Below are positions 51,944-61,853 of a stretch of 64,000 nucleotides of DNA, piece after piece (the first letter of the stretch is position 1; each line of letters begins with the position of its first letter). This DNA comes from an uncultured Chloroflexia bacterium (GTDB lineage: Bacteria; Chloroflexota; Anaerolineae; CG2-30-64-16): positions 544,001-608,000 of the forward strand of contig CAWEMM010000007.1 of assembly GCA_963810095.1 (NCBI GenBank). The letters are read 5' to 3'. Under the pieces are notes generated by a model. It was not told where the DNA came from, made no database searches, and saw nothing but the letters and a program-made list of their open reading frames with translations. The translations under genes were made by a program, and so were the position numbers.

Positions 51944-52212
51944 AACGCATCTTGGATAGATTGTAGGCCCCTGGCCCGTTCCGAGCCGATTCAGGAGTCA
52001 TGCTGGCGCGACAGGGGGCGAGTTCGCGTCCGTCACACAGACTGGCTGGCGTGGGGGCATGGGCAGCGCCGCAGACAGAAGCATTGAGCGCGTCTGGACT
52101 CCTGTTAGCGGCGCTCTCGCAAAGGGCCAACGCCGCGACCCGCAACGACGACGCGGGGCCTTGGATACTGGGACTCTAGCCGACATCTCGGCGGTGCACG
52201 CTAAACTGATGC

Positions 52213-52311
52213 GAAATGGGACACTGATGCAACTGATTGAACTGATCTGCACGGTCTTTTGGGTAAAGCGCGTGATAATCAGTCCGATCCGTTCAATCAG
52301 TGTCCCATTTC
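52213..52311. repeat. palindromic element with 9-bp periodic ACTGAT units
   Basis: 16-bp IR GAAATGGGACACTGAT...ATCAGTGTCCCATTTC; internal ACTGATGCA-ACTGATTGA-ACTGATCTG. Confidence 0.75.
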
Positions 52312-52368
52312 ATCCCGCTTTGTCCGGCAGCGCGGGGTGAAGGTCTGGTCGCAAAGTGGAAAGGACTC

Positions 52369-52400
52369 GCTGTAGGGCGCGCTTTGGCGCGCCCTACAGC
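52369..52400. repeat. GTAG-type REP-like hairpin or terminator of the DUF1269 gene
   Basis: GCTGTAGGGCGCGC-TTTG-GCGCGCCCTACAGC. Confidence 0.7.
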
Positions 52401-52421
52401 GCAACCCGTATTGCGATCAGC

Positions 52422-52940
52422 TTAGGCGGCGGGCGCATCCGCCGCGGGTTCGTCGGCCGGCAGCGACTCGGCGGCCGCGGCCGCTTCCTCGACTGCCTCG
52501 TCCGACACTTCGTACGCCTCTGCCGTGCCGCCGAGCTCCGCAAGCTTGGCCTTGACGGCCTCGACCTCAGCCGCATCGACCATCAGGCCCACTGCCGCCT
52601 TGCCGGCGTCCAATTCGGTGTTCAGCTTGGCCTGCTCGTCCTTCGAGATGTTCAGCCCCTTCTTGAACAGCGAACCCAGGACCGCGCCCCCGATCAGCCC
52701 ACCCAGCAGGGTGACGCCGCCCGAAAAAACGCCCAGGATCACGCCGAGGACCGCGCCGCCCTTGGTCTTGCGCGAGCCCATCTTGTGCGTCTTGATCTTG
52801 CCCTTCTCGTCCTTGACCAGGATGCCGATGGCGCCCAGCTTGACGTCAGCGCTGGCCTTGTCCCACGCCTTGATCTGGTCGGCGGCGGCGTCCGCAGCGG
52901 CTTCGTCGGCGAAGAGAGCGAGTACGAGTTGCTTTCCCAT
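52422..52940 (-). CDS. DUF1269-like membrane protein
   Basis: AGGAG RBS; AIGILVKDEKGKIK, Gly-rich hydrophobic hairpin, LGGTAEAYEVSDE. Confidence 0.75.
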   Translation of the reverse strand: MGKQLVLALFADEAAADAAADQIKAWDKASADVKLGAIGILVKDEKGKIKTHKMGSRKTKGGAVLGVILGVFSGGVTLLGGLIGGAVLGSLFKKGLNISKDEQAKLNTELDAGKAAVGLMVDAAEVEAVKAKLAELGGTAEAYEVSDEAVEEAAAAAESLPADEPAADAPAA

Positions 52941-53035
52941 TGTGCATTCTCCTTGAGTGGTTGTTGCAGCCGCCAGGTCCTGATGACCTGTCCGGCCTAC
53001 ACTACACCATACGGCCCGGTAGAGTGGACCACAAC

Positions 53036-53063
53036 GCCCAAAATGGTGTACTTAAGGCGTAGT
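53036..53063 (-). promoter_or_regulatory. candidate shared regulator-binding motif upstream of DUF1269
   Basis: GCCCAAAATGGTGTACTTAAGGCGTAGT, about 96 bp upstream of the start. Confidence 0.45.
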
Positions 53064-53096
53064 TCTTGCTAAACGAGTCGCAGCGTGAAAATGTCC

Positions 53097-53151
53097 GCTG
53101 GGGCCGGTCTCTGACCGTGCCCCCCTGGCTCGGTCGGAGACCGGCCCCAGC
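53097..53151. repeat. dispersed REP-like element, copy 2
   Basis: GCTGGGGCCGGTCTCTGACCG...CGGTCGGAGACCGGCCCCAGC hairpin. Confidence 0.8.
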
Positions 53152-53171
53152 AATTTCGCCTGGCGCTTGGT

Positions 53172-53517
53172 TTAGTCCCGCAGCAGTTTCTGCTTCGCCA
53201 GGCTGAACTCCTCGTCCGTCAGCACCCCGGCGCCGTGCAGTTTGCCCAGCTGCTCCAACTGTGCGACCAAGTCCGGCCTCTGGTTCGGCGCGGCCGCTAC
53301 CGGGACAGCCGTGTACCGCGCCACACCTGGCCCCAACCCACGGTTGAATCGAGCGGCCGGCAGGCGAACCGGCCCCGCCGTGGGCTGGACGCCCGGCTGG
53401 AGGGCCGCCGCCTGGTAGCGCCGCCGCATTGCCGAGGAGGTCACCCCAATCACGCTGCCCACCACCACTGCGCCGAGCCAGCGCGCCTACAAGCCCGTCA
53501 TGATCGAACATCAGCAT
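53172..53517 (-). CDS. SHOCT domain-containing protein; probable frameshift near 53475
   Basis: C-terminal LEQLGKLHGAGVLTDEEFSLAKQKLL; start uncertain. Confidence 0.75.
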
Positions 53518-53534
53518 CGCCCCCCTGGTCTCGG

Positions 53535-55404
53535 CTAAGCCACCCGGGTGATGGCCGGCAGCACATAGGTCCCGTCCAAAATCTGCTGCTTGGGCTGGTA
53601 GAGGCGCATGATCGGCCGGAACGGACCGCTCTGCGGTGCAGGCAGCCAGTTCGACTCCTTGTCCGCGCCCGGCGAGTCCTTCTGGATGTACAGCGTCACC
53701 GAGCCGTCCGGCCCGTATTTCAACCCAGGCGTCCGGTCGCCGATGGAGTAGCGGTTGATGGGGTTGGCGACCAGGTAGAACTCGGGCACGTCGTACATGG
53801 TCAGTGACCAGAACGCGTCGACAGGCGGGGCTCGGGCAGCGTCAGTTCGTACCGGTGATCGCTGTGGAGCGGCTCGTTGTCCGCGTCCACATAGACAATG
53901 CTATAGTCGGCCTCATAGCCGTGATTGCCCCACAGGCCCGCCCGGGCCACCACGGCGCGCGTGACATAGGCGATAGTCCGGTCGGCGATAATCCACTCGG
54001 GCGCGTCCAGCGCGCCGATTTCGAAGAAGTCCAGCGTTGTAGTCGAACAGGTGCTTCGACTCCTGCCAGCCGTTGACCGGCTTGGCCGCGGTGTTGATCA
54101 GTTCCTCGATCTTGTTCTGTGCGGCCTGCTGGCCCGCGACCAGCACCTGCGCCAGTGCCGGGCTGGCATTCACGTAGAGCGATTCCGCTGCGGTCAGCCC
54201 CAGCTTCTCGCAGATCGCCTGGAACGGCGCGTCGGCCGCAGGCGGCGGGAACGCCTGGAGTGCCACCCGGAACGCCTCCCACCACTTGAGCGTCGTCCCG
54301 CACGCGCGCGTCCGGCTCGGGCACGCCGGCGACTGCCGTGGGTTCGCCGCCCGCCAGCGGGGCCAGGGTGAACTGGTCCTGCAGCGCGTGGGCGGTGGGC
54401 AGGTCGGCCTCGCCGTTCACCGCGATACGGCCGACGATGGCAAACATGCCGGTCGGCGCGCAGACGAGATGCATGCCCTCGGGAATGGGGGCCGCGTAGT
54501 CGCGGGCCGCCAGCACATAGTCTGCCTCGGCAGTGCCCGTCGCGCGGCGCCCGATGTACGCAAAGTTGTTCGTCCAGGCATCCACGAACTGCAGGACGTA
54601 GTAGCGGTCTGCTGTGTCCGGCGTGTGGAGCACCAGCGGACCTTCCCGCACGTCGCAGATGGCGATCATGTAGAGCGTGTCGTTATTGGGCGAGACGAAA
54701 TGAGCGTCGGGGCCCAGCAATTGGCGAGCATACCCCACCGTGTTGTAGGGCAGGGCCTGAGGCCCGACCAGGTTCGGCCCCCCTGGGAACTTGGCCATCT
54801 CGGTCAGGTTGTAGACGAGCGGGTAGCCGTAGATGTAGGCCTCGGCGGCCAGCTTGACGTGCTCGGCCACGTCTGCACTGGCTGCCGAGGCAACCGCCGG
54901 CGCGGCGGCAGACGCCTGTTCGGCGGGCTCGGCTGCCGTCGCTTCGGCCTGTTCGACCACCGCGTCGCCCATCTCATGTGTTTCTATGCGCGCGCCCAAT
55001 GACGACAGGAATCCCGTGATCCCTACGACCTCATCGGGGTTCACCATCAGGCCCACCGCGGCCTTGCCGCCGTCGAGTTCGGCGTCGAGGTGGGCCATGT
55101 CGGCCTTCGAGAGGCCCAGGCCCTTGTGGAACAGCGAGCCGAAGACCCCGCCGATCAGCAGCCCTCCAAGGACCGTCAAGCCGCCCGATAGGAGGCTGGC
55201 CAGGCCGAACAGCAGCGCGCCGGTGCCTGTCCGCCGCGTGCCGAGCTTCTGCGTCTTGATCTTGCCCTTGTCGTCTTTCACCAGGATGCCGATCGCTCCC
55301 AGCTTGATGTCCGGGCTGATGCGGTCCCAGTCCTTCACCTGCTTCACCGCGTCATCCGCGGCGGCTTCGCTGGCGAAGAATGCCAATATCAGTTGCTTAC
55401 CCAT
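53535..55404 (-). CDS. DUF1269-like domain fused to DUF1254/DUF1214 domains; several frameshifts
   Basis: N-terminus paralogous to the 52940 gene; EAYIYGYPL, SPNNDTLY, INRYSIGDR, NWLPAP, MRLYQP spread over several frames. Confidence 0.8.
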
Positions 55405-55447
55405 GCGATTTCCTCCAAGTCAGTTCTGACTGCTACAACTGCCGCGC

Positions 55448-56206
55448 TTATTCGTACTTCGGTTCCCAGCCGGGTGCCATCTTCTCTTTGAGCGTTTCCC
55501 GGCGGGTGACCGTTCCCACGACATGTTCGGGCAGCCGGGGCAGCGGCTCTTCCCAGGCGAACCACAGGGCCGCGGTTCGGAACGAGAACCCGACGACGAA
55601 CGAAATCAGCGTCGCCGGCCAGATCGACAGGCCCAGGTACTTGGACATGATCAGGAAGACGACTGAGGTCAGCACGGCCGTCCCCACGAACCACTCGCCG
55701 CGGATGAACTGCTTGGCCGAGTGCCCTGCAGTGATGTCAATCAGGAAACGGCCGGCGGTGGGGCCGACGACGCCGATCGCGATGGCCGCAATGTCGGGCA
55801 GGCCGGCAGTCAGCGCGGCGCTCACGCCGATCGCCGCGTACCAGGGCAGTGAGAACGCGGTCATGAACTGGTAGAAGGTCTCGCGGAACTTCTGGCCGCC
55901 CTTGTAGGAGATCAGCATGCCGACGACGCCGGCCAGCAGGCACAGGATTAGGTACCAGGGGTTCGACAGTGCGCCCGGCACCTTGTTCAGCAGGACGTCG
56001 CGCGAGACGCCGCCGCCGATGCCGCCGAAGATCGCGAGGAGCAAGATGCCGACGATCGACCACTGGCGGCCACGGTAGTAGTCGGGGCGCTGGGCCAGCA
56101 GCGCGCCGTTGAGTGCATTGGTGCTGGCCGCGATCAAATCGATGATCACGAAACTTCCGACTGTGATGAATGAAGCGAGGTAGGCCAACCATTGCTGGAA
56201 TTCCAT
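55448..56206 (-). CDS. TRIC/UPF0126 family membrane protein
   Basis: GGIGGGVSRDVLL and GPTAGRFLIDI repeats. Confidence 0.85.
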   Translation of the reverse strand: MEFQQWLAYLASFITVGSFVIIDLIAASTNALNGALLAQRPDYYRGRQWSIVGILLLAIFGGIGGGVSRDVLLNKVPGALSNPWYLILCLLAGVVGMLISYKGGQKFRETFYQFMTAFSLPWYAAIGVSAALTAGLPDIAAIAIGVVGPTAGRFLIDITAGHSAKQFIRGEWFVGTAVLTSVVFLIMSKYLGLSIWPATLISFVVGFSFRTAALWFAWEEPLPRLPEHVVGTVTRRETLKEKMAPGWEPKYE

Positions 56207-56312
56207 ATCACCGTGCCTCCGAGATAAACGAGAATCGTCTCGCCGGGTGGGCAGACACAGGCCGGGCATACCACGCTCGAGGTCAGCCCGGCACTAGTCG
56301 TCGCCGTTGATG

Positions 56313-57938
56313 TTACTTCTGTGCGCCTTCCGCGATCACGGCGGCCGTGTCCTTCTCGTGATATTCCATCAGCAGCTTGCGCTCGTCGTCCTGCTTGGGG
56401 AACACGAAGAACACCAGCGCCGCGCCCACGACCACCGCGATGATGCCCGCGATGTACGCGGTTTGATCGCCGGCCAGGAACGACGCCTGGGCAGCCGACG
56501 TGATCTGGGTGGCATACTGCGGGTACTGCGCGGCGACGGCCTGCGCGCCCGCGTACGACATCTCGAGGCTGTTAGCGACGTTGCTCGGGATGCTCGGGTC
56601 AGCCGCCGCCTGGGTTGCCATCGCAGCGGCATAGCCCGAGGCCAGCAGTGCGCCGAAGAGCGAGTTGAAGAGCGCGCCGCCCAGGTCGCGTTGCAGGTCG
56701 GCGGTGCCCGACGCCATGCCCGCCCGGGTCACGGGGACCGAGCCGGTCAGCGCGCGTGAGGCGGGCGTGCCCGCCAAACCGATGCCGATGCCCACGAAAG
56801 AGTAGGCCAGGCCAACAGGCAGGTAGGAGCTGCCCTCTTTCCACAGCAGCAGCATTGTCAGGAAGCCAAGGAGAACGAACACGTAGCCAATGAGGAACAC
56901 CTGGCGCGAGCCGCGGGCCTCGACCAGCTTAGCCGAGCGCGGTGCGGCGAGGATCATGAGGAAGCCCGCCGGCAGCACCGCGGCGCCCGCAGCCACGGTC
57001 GAGTAGCCCAGCACGTCCTGCATGTACTGCTGGCCGATGAACATGGCGCCCATCAGCGAGCCGAAGACGATGATGCCCGCGAGCGCCGCCACCCAGAACG
57101 TCGGGCGAGCGGCAATCTTCAGATCGTACAGCGGATTGCCGGCGCGTCGCTGCCGGACGACGAACAGCGCAGTCGCGACCGCAGCCGCGACGAGCAGCCC
57201 CACTGCGAGCTTCTGGTACGCGGGCACTGGCAGGAAGTTGAGCGACAGCACAAATGCGCCGATCAGTACGACCGATAGGATGCCGCCTAGATGGTCAACC
57301 GGCTCCTTGGTCTCATTCACATGCGCCGGGATGAAACGCAGCGCCATGATGAGCGCCACAACCGCCAGCGGCACCACCACGACAAAGACCGAACTCCATG
57401 GGAATACGGTCAGCAGCAGCCCCGACAGCAGTGGCCCCGTCACCGAAATGGCGCCGCCGATGGCCGCCCACAACGCAATCGAGCGCGTGCGGCCCGGTCC
57501 GGGCCCCCACAGGGCCGCGATGAGCGCCAGGGTTGTGGGGTAAGCCATACCTGCCGCAAAGCCGCCGAAGAGCCGGCCGAAGATCAGCACGTTGATCGTA
57601 GGCGCAAAGCCCGAGATGAGCGCGGCCGGGATTGCCAATGTGACGCCCAGCAGCGCCATCAGCTTGCGCCCGTAGCGGTCGCCCACCGCGCCCAGCCACA
57701 GCACCGAGCACGCCAGGCCTAGCGAGTAGGCCACGGCGACCAGATTCAGTTGCGTTTGTGAGGCGTCGAAATAGACGCCGATCGACGGCAGAGCGACGTT
57801 GGCCATCGCCAGCGGTAGGTTGGCGACCGCTGCGACAATAATCAACGTGCCCAGCACCAACCCTGCCTTGGCCGGAGCAGTCGCGCCTGACGGCACTTGC
57901 GGCCCTGCGGGCATTGCGGAAGCGACACTTACGGACAT
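56313..57938 (-). CDS. DHA2-type 14-TM MFS transporter
   Basis: ANVALPSI, GAVGDRYGRK, YPTTLALI, GPLLSG. Confidence 0.9.
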   Translation of the reverse strand: MSVSVASAMPAGPQVPSGATAPAKAGLVLGTLIIVAAVANLPLAMANVALPSIGVYFDASQTQLNLVAVAYSLGLACSVLWLGAVGDRYGRKLMALLGVTLAIPAALISGFAPTINVLIFGRLFGGFAAGMAYPTTLALIAALWGPGPGRTRSIALWAAIGGAISVTGPLLSGLLLTVFPWSSVFVVVVPLAVVALIMALRFIPAHVNETKEPVDHLGGILSVVLIGAFVLSLNFLPVPAYQKLAVGLLVAAAVATALFVVRQRRAGNPLYDLKIAARPTFWVAALAGIIVFGSLMGAMFIGQQYMQDVLGYSTVAAGAAVLPAGFLMILAAPRSAKLVEARGSRQVFLIGYVFVLLGFLTMLLLWKEGSSYLPVGLAYSFVGIGIGLAGTPASRALTGSVPVTRAGMASGTADLQRDLGGALFNSLFGALLASGYAAAMATQAAADPSIPSNVANSLEMSYAGAQAVAAQYPQYATQITSAAQASFLAGDQTAYIAGIIAVVVGAALVFFVFPKQDDERKLLMEYHEKDTAAVIAEGAQK

Positions 57939-58243
57939 GGTTCCGCTCCTTCAGACAATTTCTTCCGACTGCCGGCGAGCCTCCGGCGATCCTGCATTCC
58001 GGTCGGACCTCTCGACGCGCCCGAACTTGATGACAAACCGTAGACTCCGCGGCCTGCCCGCCCTCGTCATTGGAGAGAGTTGCATCGGCCACATTCGCCC
58101 GCACGACTCCGCCGCCGGCCCTCCGGTGCACCGTGCGTGCCCCGCGTGGGACCGGCTGCATCCCGTGCCAGGAGGCGCAATGCGCGGCCTCCTGGCCGGA
58201 ATCCATCTGGCCGGCAAAACTCACGGTTTCGCCGGCCAGAACA

Positions 58244-59860
58244 CTACGCCGCAGGCGGGATATCGCCCGGCAGCTCGACGTCTGGCAGGTCGGCTGCCGG
58301 CAGTTCAGCTGCGGGCAGATCGACAGCGGGCGCAGCGGCCGTATCCGCGACGACAGACTTCGCTTCGGCCTCGGCCAGGCTGGCCTCGGCATTCCGGTAC
58401 CAGCGTACCAACTGGAACTTCGCAACGTCCGTGCCGCCCAGGCCAAAGGCCAACGCGACCGCAAGCGCAACGCCGGCCAGGATCAGGCCGAATGTGAGGT
58501 TGACGACGTCGTTGGCGATGCCCATCTGGTCCAATGCCATGGCCACCGCAAAGACGACGATCGCGAGCCGGGCCAGCAGCGCCAGCACCTGCCTCTGCTT
58601 GAGGCGGGTGGCCAGGATCAGCTTGCTGGTGAAGTTGGCCAGGTAGATGCCGATGACGATGATGATGAACGCCAGGGCCAGCCGGGCCAGGAAGGCGATG
58701 AACGCGGTCAGGATGGCCACCATGGCGGCCCAACCGAGGAGGTCGACGACGGCCAGCGTGGCAAACAGCATGACCACAAAGAGAATCAGGTAGCCGGCGA
58801 TGCGCGACGGGCCCACTGCAGGGGTATCGGAGATCTCGCCCAGGCTGAGCCGGGCGACCAGGTTGTCAAACCCGGCATTGGTCAGCAGGCGTGTCACCAG
58901 GTCTGCGATCACCCGGGCGACCATGTAGGCGACGAACAGAATCACGATGGCCATGAAGATCTTGGGGATGGCCAGCAAGACCTGCGTCAGCATGTCCGCC
59001 ATTGGCTGGGCGAGGTAGGTCAGGCCCAAGGCGTTCAGGGCGGCGATGGCAACCGGGATGAAGACGATGATGTACACGACCAGGCCCAGCAGCCCGGACA
59101 GATTCCCCTTGCCCAGGTACTTGCCGAGGCCGACGCGGTCGCTGATGGCGTCGAGGCCGAGCGCGTGCAGCGCCGACGTGATCAGCCGCTGCAGGATGCG
59201 GGCGACGAACAGGCCGATGACGATGATGACGACCGCCATTGCCAGCCGGGGCAGGAAGGCCAGGATGCTCGTAATCATGGCCTGGATCGGGGCGAGGATG
59301 CCCATCAAGCCAAGCACGCCCAGGATCGCCGGCAGGAACAGCAGCCAGACCAGCCAGTAGACCGCTTCGCCGATCGCGGTGGAGATGGGCGCCTCGTTCA
59401 TGCCCGCAGGTTCGGTCACCTTCTTGTCCGCACCGGCGGTATGGAGCACACGGGTGACGAGGGCGCGCAGGATGCGGGCAACGATCCAGGCGACGACTGC
59501 CAGGACGACCGCGTAGGCGAACCGTGGCAGGTACGCAAAGACCGATACGAGCATGGTGCCAAACAGCGCGGTAATCGCCGTGAGCCCGAGCGCGTTTAGC
59601 GCGGCCAGCACGGTAAGGAAGACGATCAACCAGTAAACGACCTGGGTGATCACCTTCTCCACGCTCATAGGTTTGTCGCCTGCGCCCTCCATGCCGCGTG
59701 CGAGGCGGTCGTCAAGCTTGAGCCACCTGAGCAGCCGCCGCGTGACGCCGGCGAGCAGGCGCGCGATCAGCCAGCCGATCAGCAGGATCAGCAGCGCGGC
59801 GACGACGCGCGGGATCCAGATCTGCGCTTGCTGCAGCAGCCACTGGCCAAAGTTCTCCAT
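58244..59860 (-). CDS. membrane protein of five 'conserved TM helix' repeats (mechanosensitive-channel-associated/CmpX-like)
   Basis: AAGGAG RBS; five repeats like PRxxxAxxILxIGWxIARxL; ALAFGLGG at the C-terminus. Confidence 0.8.
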   Translation of the reverse strand: MENFGQWLLQQAQIWIPRVVAALLILLIGWLIARLLAGVTRRLLRWLKLDDRLARGMEGAGDKPMSVEKVITQVVYWLIVFLTVLAALNALGLTAITALFGTMLVSVFAYLPRFAYAVVLAVVAWIVARILRALVTRVLHTAGADKKVTEPAGMNEAPISTAIGEAVYWLVWLLFLPAILGVLGLMGILAPIQAMITSILAFLPRLAMAVVIIVIGLFVARILQRLITSALHALGLDAISDRVGLGKYLGKGNLSGLLGLVVYIIVFIPVAIAALNALGLTYLAQPMADMLTQVLLAIPKIFMAIVILFVAYMVARVIADLVTRLLTNAGFDNLVARLSLGEISDTPAVGPSRIAGYLILFVVMLFATLAVVDLLGWAAMVAILTAFIAFLARLALAFIIIVIGIYLANFTSKLILATRLKQRQVLALLARLAIVVFAVAMALDQMGIANDVVNLTFGLILAGVALAVALAFGLGGTDVAKFQLVRWYRNAEASLAEAEAKSVVADTAAAPAVDLPAAELPAADLPDVELPGDIPPAA

Positions 59861-60155
59861 GTCGGTTCTCCTTCCCGGATGTGTGGGTGGGTGATTACCG
59901 GACGGGCCGGTGGATTAGCCGGCCCGGGTCCTCCAGAAAACGTGCAGCACTGCACCGGCTCCGCGGCAAGCGCTCACCTCGCTCGGCCAGCAAACCGTAA
60001 TCGATGAACGTGTCGCGTGCGCGCCGAGGGTTGCCGGCCAGGCGGCAATGGAGGCCGTCTTGCCGAAACCGGCGCCCGCACGCATCGTGGCGAGGGGTTT
60101 GCCGGGCGCCGCCGCGAGACCACTGCGCGGTCGGATCATTGCGGGGGGCTGCCGC

Positions 60156-60416
60156 CTACGGGGCTGCGTCCGCCATCCGCTTCACGTCGAGCAGTGGGTA
60201 TCCCATGTCGTAGAGCTCGGTGAGGACGCTGATGAGGCATGCCTGGTCGATGACCATGCCGGTCAGGGTCGTGGTGGGGGGATCGCCCCGCACTTCACTC
60301 AGGCAACCGGTCATCCCGCAAAAGGGATCGAGGCGAGGCGCGGCGAAGCGCCCCAGAACCCGAATCCGGTAGGTGCCAGGTGCATCGAACAGGTTGCTCT
60401 TGGCGTCGGCCTTCAT
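60156..60416 (-). CDS. small hypothetical protein, possibly ACT/ferredoxin-like
   Basis: AAGGAG RBS; YRIRVLGRF...TTTLTGMVIDQACLISVLTELYDMGYPLLDV. Confidence 0.7.
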   Translation of the reverse strand: MKADAKSNLFDAPGTYRIRVLGRFAAPRLDPFCGMTGCLSEVRGDPPTTTLTGMVIDQACLISVLTELYDMGYPLLDVKRMADAAP

Positions 60417-60514
60417 GCTCCGGCTCCTTAAACGCGGCGCGGGGCAGCCAGGATCGGCCGCTTACCCGCGCCAAACCCGCCCTTATCATCGCGCTCTCTG
60501 CAACGGAGCTAAAG

Positions 60515-60541
60515 GCCCATTTTGGTGTAATTGGATGTAGT
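60515..60541 (-). promoter_or_regulatory. candidate shared regulator-binding motif upstream of the small ACT-like gene
   Basis: GCCCATTTTGGTGTAATTGGATGTAGT, about 99 bp upstream of the start. Confidence 0.45.
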
Positions 60542-60548
60542 GTGGAGG

Positions 60549-60848
60549 TTAGCGGTGTCTGCGCGGGGAGTTTGCTCGTCCTCCCCCGGCCCAGAGCAGT
60601 ACGCCCAGGAGGAAGCCGAAGACGTACCCGTTCCCGCTGTTGTGCACGTCGAAGACGTGCACACTGTCATTGAACAGGGAGCGGACGACCGTGACCGGCG
60701 CGCTGAAGCCGTGCCACAGACCGTGCCAGAACCCGGCGATTCTGCCGTTTTCGTCCGGCGTGTTCACGAGGGGGTTGGGTCCCGCGCTCCAGTTCCCCAT
60801 CCTTGCGATCATTCCGGCCAGCGGCCCTTCTGATGTGATCTTTTCCAT
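60549..60848 (-). CDS. small hypothetical membrane protein
   Basis: AGGAG RBS; AGFWHGLWHG, HNSGNGYVFGFLLG. Confidence 0.7.
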   Translation of the reverse strand: MEKITSEGPLAGMIARMGNWSAGPNPLVNTPDENGRIAGFWHGLWHGFSAPVTVVRSLFNDSVHVFDVHNSGNGYVFGFLLGVLLWAGGGRANSPRRHR

Positions 60849-60941
60849 ACCTGCATCTCCTGTGCTATGAACTGCCCCAGCGCATTTGCGGGCAGGGGCC
60901 TCCGTTCTCATTCCACTGCGTCCCGAAAGGCTGCAACCGGC

Positions 60942-61649
60942 CTAGAACAGCACTACTACCAGGTTCATGGCCGCGTGCAGCAGCATGGGCGGATAGACGC
61001 TCTCGGTCTTGGCGCGTGCATAGCCGTACATTACGCCCCAGACCACCGCGCTCAGCGCCTGCAGCGCGACGAATTCAAGAGGTACTCCGGCCACCAGGTT
61101 TTTGACGTGCAGCAGGCCGAACGCAACGCCGCTCAGCCACACCGCGAGATGCATGCTGGGGCCCTCGGCGTACCACCGCCTGAACGCCAGCAGCAGCGCC
61201 GTGAAGACAAGGCCGCGCCAGAAGGATTCCTCGACCAGCGGCACGATCACGATCTCGGTCAACAGCCACTGGTTGCCGCTGAAAGGCGTGCCGCCGCCGG
61301 TCAGCAGCAGGTACGCTGCGATAATCCCGCAGTTCGCCAGGAGCATCAGCAGGATCATCCGCCAATAGCGCCGGGTTTGGCCGGTCTGAAAGCCGAACAG
61401 CCGCGGCCGCCACAGGATGAACGGCACGATGAAGATGATCAGGTGGGCCCGCGAAGCGACGCCCCACAAGGTGGCGAGCAGCGCGGACTCGCCGACATGG
61501 GGAAAGCGCGCGTCGGCAAAGCGAAAGTAGGCATTGTCGGCCAGGATGAAGGCGGCGCAGAAAATCAGCAGGCCGAGGAGCACAAGCATCCCCGGCAGCG
61601 GCAGGCGGGATTGAGGCTCGCGGGTGGTGGGGGAAAGGGTGTGCGTCAC
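60942..61649 (-). CDS. CPBP (Abi/CAAX) intramembrane metalloprotease
   Basis: PLVEESFWRG, FGLLH, LLHAAMN. Confidence 0.9.
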   Translation of the reverse strand: MTHTLSPTTREPQSRLPLPGMLVLLGLLIFCAAFILADNAYFRFADARFPHVGESALLATLWGVASRAHLIIFIVPFILWRPRLFGFQTGQTRRYWRMILLMLLANCGIIAAYLLLTGGGTPFSGNQWLLTEIVIVPLVEESFWRGLVFTALLLAFRRWYAEGPSMHLAVWLSGVAFGLLHVKNLVAGVPLEFVALQALSAVVWGVMYGYARAKTESVYPPMLLHAAMNLVVVLF

Positions 61650-61853
61650 AGGACGTCCTTTCGTTCCGAAAGCAGGTGAACGCAGGCGGCGGCGCATCGG
61701 TACGTGATATGACACGTAATACGCCCACCACTCCTTGCGGTTGCACGGGCCGCCCCGGGCCTCGCCTCCAAGCACGCGGGCCTAAACCCACAATCCGACC
61801 CCGAAGTCGGAGTGTGCCGGCAGCGACCATACCCCGTTCGTTCGTCACGAACG

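Noticed and set aside
52000-52179. Possible 59-aa ORF after AGGAG
   Set aside because: SD is only 2 nt from the ATG and the product has no recognisable features
52205-52311. CRISPR array
   Set aside because: Units are 9 bp with no spacers, and no cas genes are present
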